Notes under the pieces: generated by a model | Database searches by the model: none | What the model was told of the DNA's origin: nothing | The model's input: only the letters and a program-made list of their open reading frames with translations | Program-made: the position numbers and the translations under genes | NCBI GenBank assembly: GCA_963810275.1 | Contig: CAWENF010000019.1 | Location: forward strand, 64,001 to 128,000 | Source of the DNA: an uncultured archaeon | Lineage (GTDB): Archaea; Thermoproteota; Bathyarchaeia; Bathyarchaeales; Bathycorpusculaceae | Length of the DNA: 64,000 bases | Direction: 5' to 3' | Shown here: positions 60,880-64,000 of the stretch, piece after piece | Layout of the letters: every line of letters starts with the position of its first letter | How positions within the stretch are numbered: the stretch's first letter is position 1

Positions 60880-61455
60880 TTGGCTGCTATGGAAAAACGT
60901 TACGAAGAGAACGCTTACGTACTAGACTTTCTCTCCCACGGTAAACCGGGAATTCGCCCAACAGGACGCGCAGGATACCGTGCGGGAGCACTTATTCAAT
61001 GTGTCGGCGAAGAATTCTTCACCTTACTGGAAGCACTAGTTAAGGAGGGGTTGATGCTAAAACCAGGTGACCGCGTGTATGTGGGCAAAGACAGCCGAGA
61101 AGAAGTCACCTACATCATCGGCAGAATCAGCTACGAAGAACTCACCGCAGCAGCACGCTCAGAGCTTCCAGGTGTTATCAGCAAAATAGTGGCTAACCGC
61201 GAAAAATGGTTTGTTAACTTCTTTAACACTGCACGTGCCATAACGCCACGCATGCACGCACTGGAATTGGTGCCTGGCATAGGTAAAAAATATATGTGGC
61301 AAGTCATCAACGAACGCCAACGTAGACCTTTCGAGAGCTTTGAAGATATACAGAAACGCACGGAGCTGCCTAACCCAGTTAAGCTTATAACGAAACGCGT
61401 CTTAGAAGAGCTTGAAGGCGACAGCAAATACAGACTGTTCACTCGCACCCAGTAA
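60880..61455 (+). CDS. DUF655 RNA-binding protein
   Basis: AYVLDF, FTLLE and RMHALEL.PGIGKK HhH motif. Confidence 0.92.
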   Translation: MAAMEKRYEENAYVLDFLSHGKPGIRPTGRAGYRAGALIQCVGEEFFTLLEALVKEGLMLKPGDRVYVGKDSREEVTYIIGRISYEELTAAARSELPGVISKIVANREKWFVNFFNTARAITPRMHALELVPGIGKKYMWQVINERQRRPFESFEDIQKRTELPNPVKLITKRVLEELEGDSKYRLFTRTQ

Positions 61456-61465
61456 GGCTTCTGAG

Positions 61466-62284
61466 ATGAGTTTAGAGGAAATACATCAGCTACTTTTATT
61501 TTATAATTTGAGCCCCAACAAGGTGTTGGGTCAGAACTTTTTTGTTGACACCGCATTCTACCCCAAACTCGCTGACTACGCGGAGCTTTCAGAGTCGGAT
61601 GTGGTTTTGGATGCAGGTGCAGGCTTTGGTTTTTTGGCAAGATTTCTTTCCAGTAAATGCAAAGGCGTGATAGCAGTTGAGAAGGACCCCCAAGTTGCTG
61701 AGGTGCTCCGCAGCAGCGTCACACATTTAGATAACGTTTCTGTGGTGGAGGGTGATGTGCTCAAAGCAGAGTTGCCCCCGTTTAACAAGGTAATAGCCCT
61801 TCCGCCCTACTATCTGTCAACACAATTGGTAACTTGGGTGCTTGAGCGCAACGTGGACTGCACCGTGCTTGTAGTGCAGCGGGAATTCGCTCAACGCTTA
61901 ATCGCAGAAGTAGGCACAGAAGACTATGGCTGGTTAACCGTCGTTGCCGCCCAGAAGGCGCAAGCCAAACTGCTCGACGAAGTGCCTAAAGACTGCTTTT
62001 ACCCTCCTCCTGAGGTTAACTCCACCATTCTCCGCCTAAAACCTTGGAGTAAAAAGCCATTCAAGCCCAAAAACCCCGCACTCTTCATACAGCTAACTAA
62101 GTGGCTGTTTACCGAACGCAACCGAAAACTCGCCAAAGCCGCCGCCCCCTACCTACAAAGTTACCTAAAAATGACTAAACCCCACGCCAAAGAAGCCTCA
62201 GCCAAACTTCCCTTCAGCGACATGCGACCCCGTGAGCTTACACCAAAAGAATTCGGAGAAGTAGCCGATGCCCTCAGCGACTAA
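61466..62284 (+). CDS. ksgA: 16S rRNA adenine dimethyltransferase
   Basis: GQNF, GAG.G, PYY, Q.EFA.R and F.PPP.V.S. Confidence 0.93.
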   Translation: MSLEEIHQLLLFYNLSPNKVLGQNFFVDTAFYPKLADYAELSESDVVLDAGAGFGFLARFLSSKCKGVIAVEKDPQVAEVLRSSVTHLDNVSVVEGDVLKAELPPFNKVIALPPYYLSTQLVTWVLERNVDCTVLVVQREFAQRLIAEVGTEDYGWLTVVAAQKAQAKLLDEVPKDCFYPPPEVNSTILRLKPWSKKPFKPKNPALFIQLTKWLFTERNRKLAKAAAPYLQSYLKMTKPHAKEASAKLPFSDMRPRELTPKEFGEVADALSD

Positions 62285-62885
62285 ACGTCTCCACCTCGGT
62301 AATTTGGTTTTCGACGTCACCGACGACGTATATGAGCCAGCAGAGGATTCCTACCTGTTTGTGGATAACCTACATGTTGGAGCCGGGGATTCGGTGTTGG
62401 ATTTGGGGACTGGGAGTGGCGTTTTAGCTGTTTATGTGGCTAAGCAGGGCGCCAATGTTGTGGCTGTAGATATAAACCCTCATGCGATTAAGGCTGCGAA
62501 GGGCAACGCTAACCTAAACGGGGTCGATGACCGCATGGTCTTATTCCAGGGTGACCTGTTTTCCGCTTTCAGAAATGGGACCGCTTTTAATTTGGTGCTG
62601 TTTAATGCACCTTACTTACCTTCAGATGCAGGCGAAGAAACAAGTTGGATTGGTCGCGCTTGGGCAGGCGGAGCAAACGGTCGAATTGTGGTAGACCGCT
62701 TCATCGCCGAAGTCGCAGCTTACCTAAAGTCAGACGGGCGGGTGCTACTCATGCAATCCACCTTAACAGGCGTGGAAGAAACAATTCAGAAATTCCAACT
62801 TCAGGGCTTCAGTGCGGAGGTTATTGCTATCCAGCGCCTGCCGTTTTTTGAAACCTTAACTCTCATAGACGCCCAACGTCTATAA
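62268..62885 (+). CDS. HemK2/Mtq2-type protein methyltransferase
   Basis: VYEPAEDS, DLGTGSG, FNAPY and GG..GR. Confidence 0.9.
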   Translation: MPSATKRLHLGNLVFDVTDDVYEPAEDSYLFVDNLHVGAGDSVLDLGTGSGVLAVYVAKQGANVVAVDINPHAIKAAKGNANLNGVDDRMVLFQGDLFSAFRNGTAFNLVLFNAPYLPSDAGEETSWIGRAWAGGANGRIVVDRFIAEVAAYLKSDGRVLLMQSTLTGVEETIQKFQLQGFSAEVIAIQRLPFFETLTLIDAQRL

Positions 62886-62936
62886 AGAAAAAACGTTTAA
62901 GGCAAACCTTGTTCATACATATTTTGGCGTTGAAAT

Positions 62937-63266
62937 ATGACAATTTGGTTTTACGTTAAAACAAGTGATTCACCAAACAAAGTAGGACAAGTAGTATGTG
63001 ACTATAACTATGCCGAGGGGAAGCACCCTGAGGATGAATACAGTTGGATTATTGAGGGGGACACTGAAGAGCCTGATTACTGGATGATTAAAGCCAAGTA
63101 CGCTGCCCTAAAAGACATGCCTGAAGTGGCTGTGGCATATCGAGTTGGCGACTCAGTGGTATTTGCTGAAATCGACAACGACTTAGCCCCCGACTTTTCA
63201 GAGCCCCTTGTCGAGCAGTATGGCCTTGACAACGTGAAGTGGCTTGTTGTTCCAAGCATGAAGTAG
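62937..63266 (+). CDS. Acidic hypothetical protein
   Basis: 109-aa ATG ORF with protein-like composition; no family recognised. Confidence 0.7.
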   Translation: MTIWFYVKTSDSPNKVGQVVCDYNYAEGKHPEDEYSWIIEGDTEEPDYWMIKAKYAALKDMPEVAVAYRVGDSVVFAEIDNDLAPDFSEPLVEQYGLDNVKWLVVPSMK

Positions 63267-63390
63267 CGTTTCTGTAGCTCTCTGCCATAGCATTTCTTGT
63301 ATATCCCTTTCTTTGGTTTAACATTCTTTTAGCAGAAACAGTCAGTGTTATGAGTTTGTTTTTATTTTGGTGGTCTGAGTGCTTGCAGCG

Positions 63391-63885
63391 TTACTGTTTA
63401 TCGTATTTCATGACTTCTTCAGTCATGATACTCAACAATATGCCGGCTTCCCTAAACATCAATATTGTGTCTGCGTCGGCATGGTAACGTTTCTCGCAGA
63501 CCACCCGCTTAATGCCTGCGTTGATTATCATCATGGCACAAGTGCGGCAAGGTGTCATCTTGCAAAATAAAGTTGAGCCTTCCAATGCTATGCCAAATCT
63601 GGCTGCCTGCAAAATGGCGTTCTGTTCCGCATGCAAGGTGCGTACACAGTGCTGGCTAACTTCGTCGTTTCCGTTGATAACTTGGCGAATGTCATGGCCT
63701 GCTTCGTCGCAGTGAGGCAACCCTGCAGGCGCCCCAACGTAGCCTGTAGTCATTATGCGTTTGTCTTTTACGATTACAGCGCCGCATTTGCCCCTGTTGC
63801 AGGTGGCGCGTGCAGCTACAGCTTCACACATGTCCAAGAAGTAGCGGTCCCAGTTAGGCCTTATCGTTTTCTCTGCGGATGCCAC
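63391..63885 (-). CDS. dCMP deaminase (ComEB-like)
   Basis: RP.WD.YF, HAEQNA and PC..C. Confidence 0.93.
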   Translation of the reverse strand: MASAEKTIRPNWDRYFLDMCEAVAARATCNRGKCGAVIVKDKRIMTTGYVGAPAGLPHCDEAGHDIRQVINGNDEVSQHCVRTLHAEQNAILQAARFGIALEGSTLFCKMTPCRTCAMMIINAGIKRVVCEKRYHADADTILMFREAGILLSIMTEEVMKYDKQ

Positions 63886-64000
63886 ACAAATTTCCCCTAA
63901 CTAATTGAAAAGTAGTTTGCTATACAAATTAATAAATTGTTTCCGCTGAGTTAGCGCTGTTTTTGGAGGATGTGAATTTCTCTGCCGATTTTGTGGCGTT

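Overview
Archaeal core-chromosome segment, most consistent with Bathyarchaeia. The evidence is PolD, Elf1, a Fae-Hps remnant and a secreted PQQ-type beta-propeller; this taxonomic call is inference. The window holds the replication origin: cdc6/orc1 with four ORB boxes around an AT-rich unwinding element, next to polD1, with polD2 nearby. It also has ribosomal, translation and transcription gene clusters, tRNA-Ser(CGA) with an intron, tRNA-Glu(TTC), NAD/SAM/nucleotide metabolism genes and several decayed genes. The most striking unexplained structure is a three-gene module directly beside oriC. It encodes a wHTH protein, a membrane-anchored coiled-coil wHTH protein and a Tfx-like HTH protein, and its intergenic DNA is packed with helically phased GTGAT/ATCAC and GTGAA/TTCAC repeats and palindromes. 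It is a candidate origin-tethering, segregation or cell-cycle control system. Other leads are SD-positioned near-cognate start codons (ACG/ATC/ATA), a V4R-like domain fused to a radical SAM/SPASM enzyme, a split APH/AAA_33 kinase pair flanking a PHP phosphatase, and two candidate structured RNAs. All family calls come from motif recognition by eye; no searches were run.
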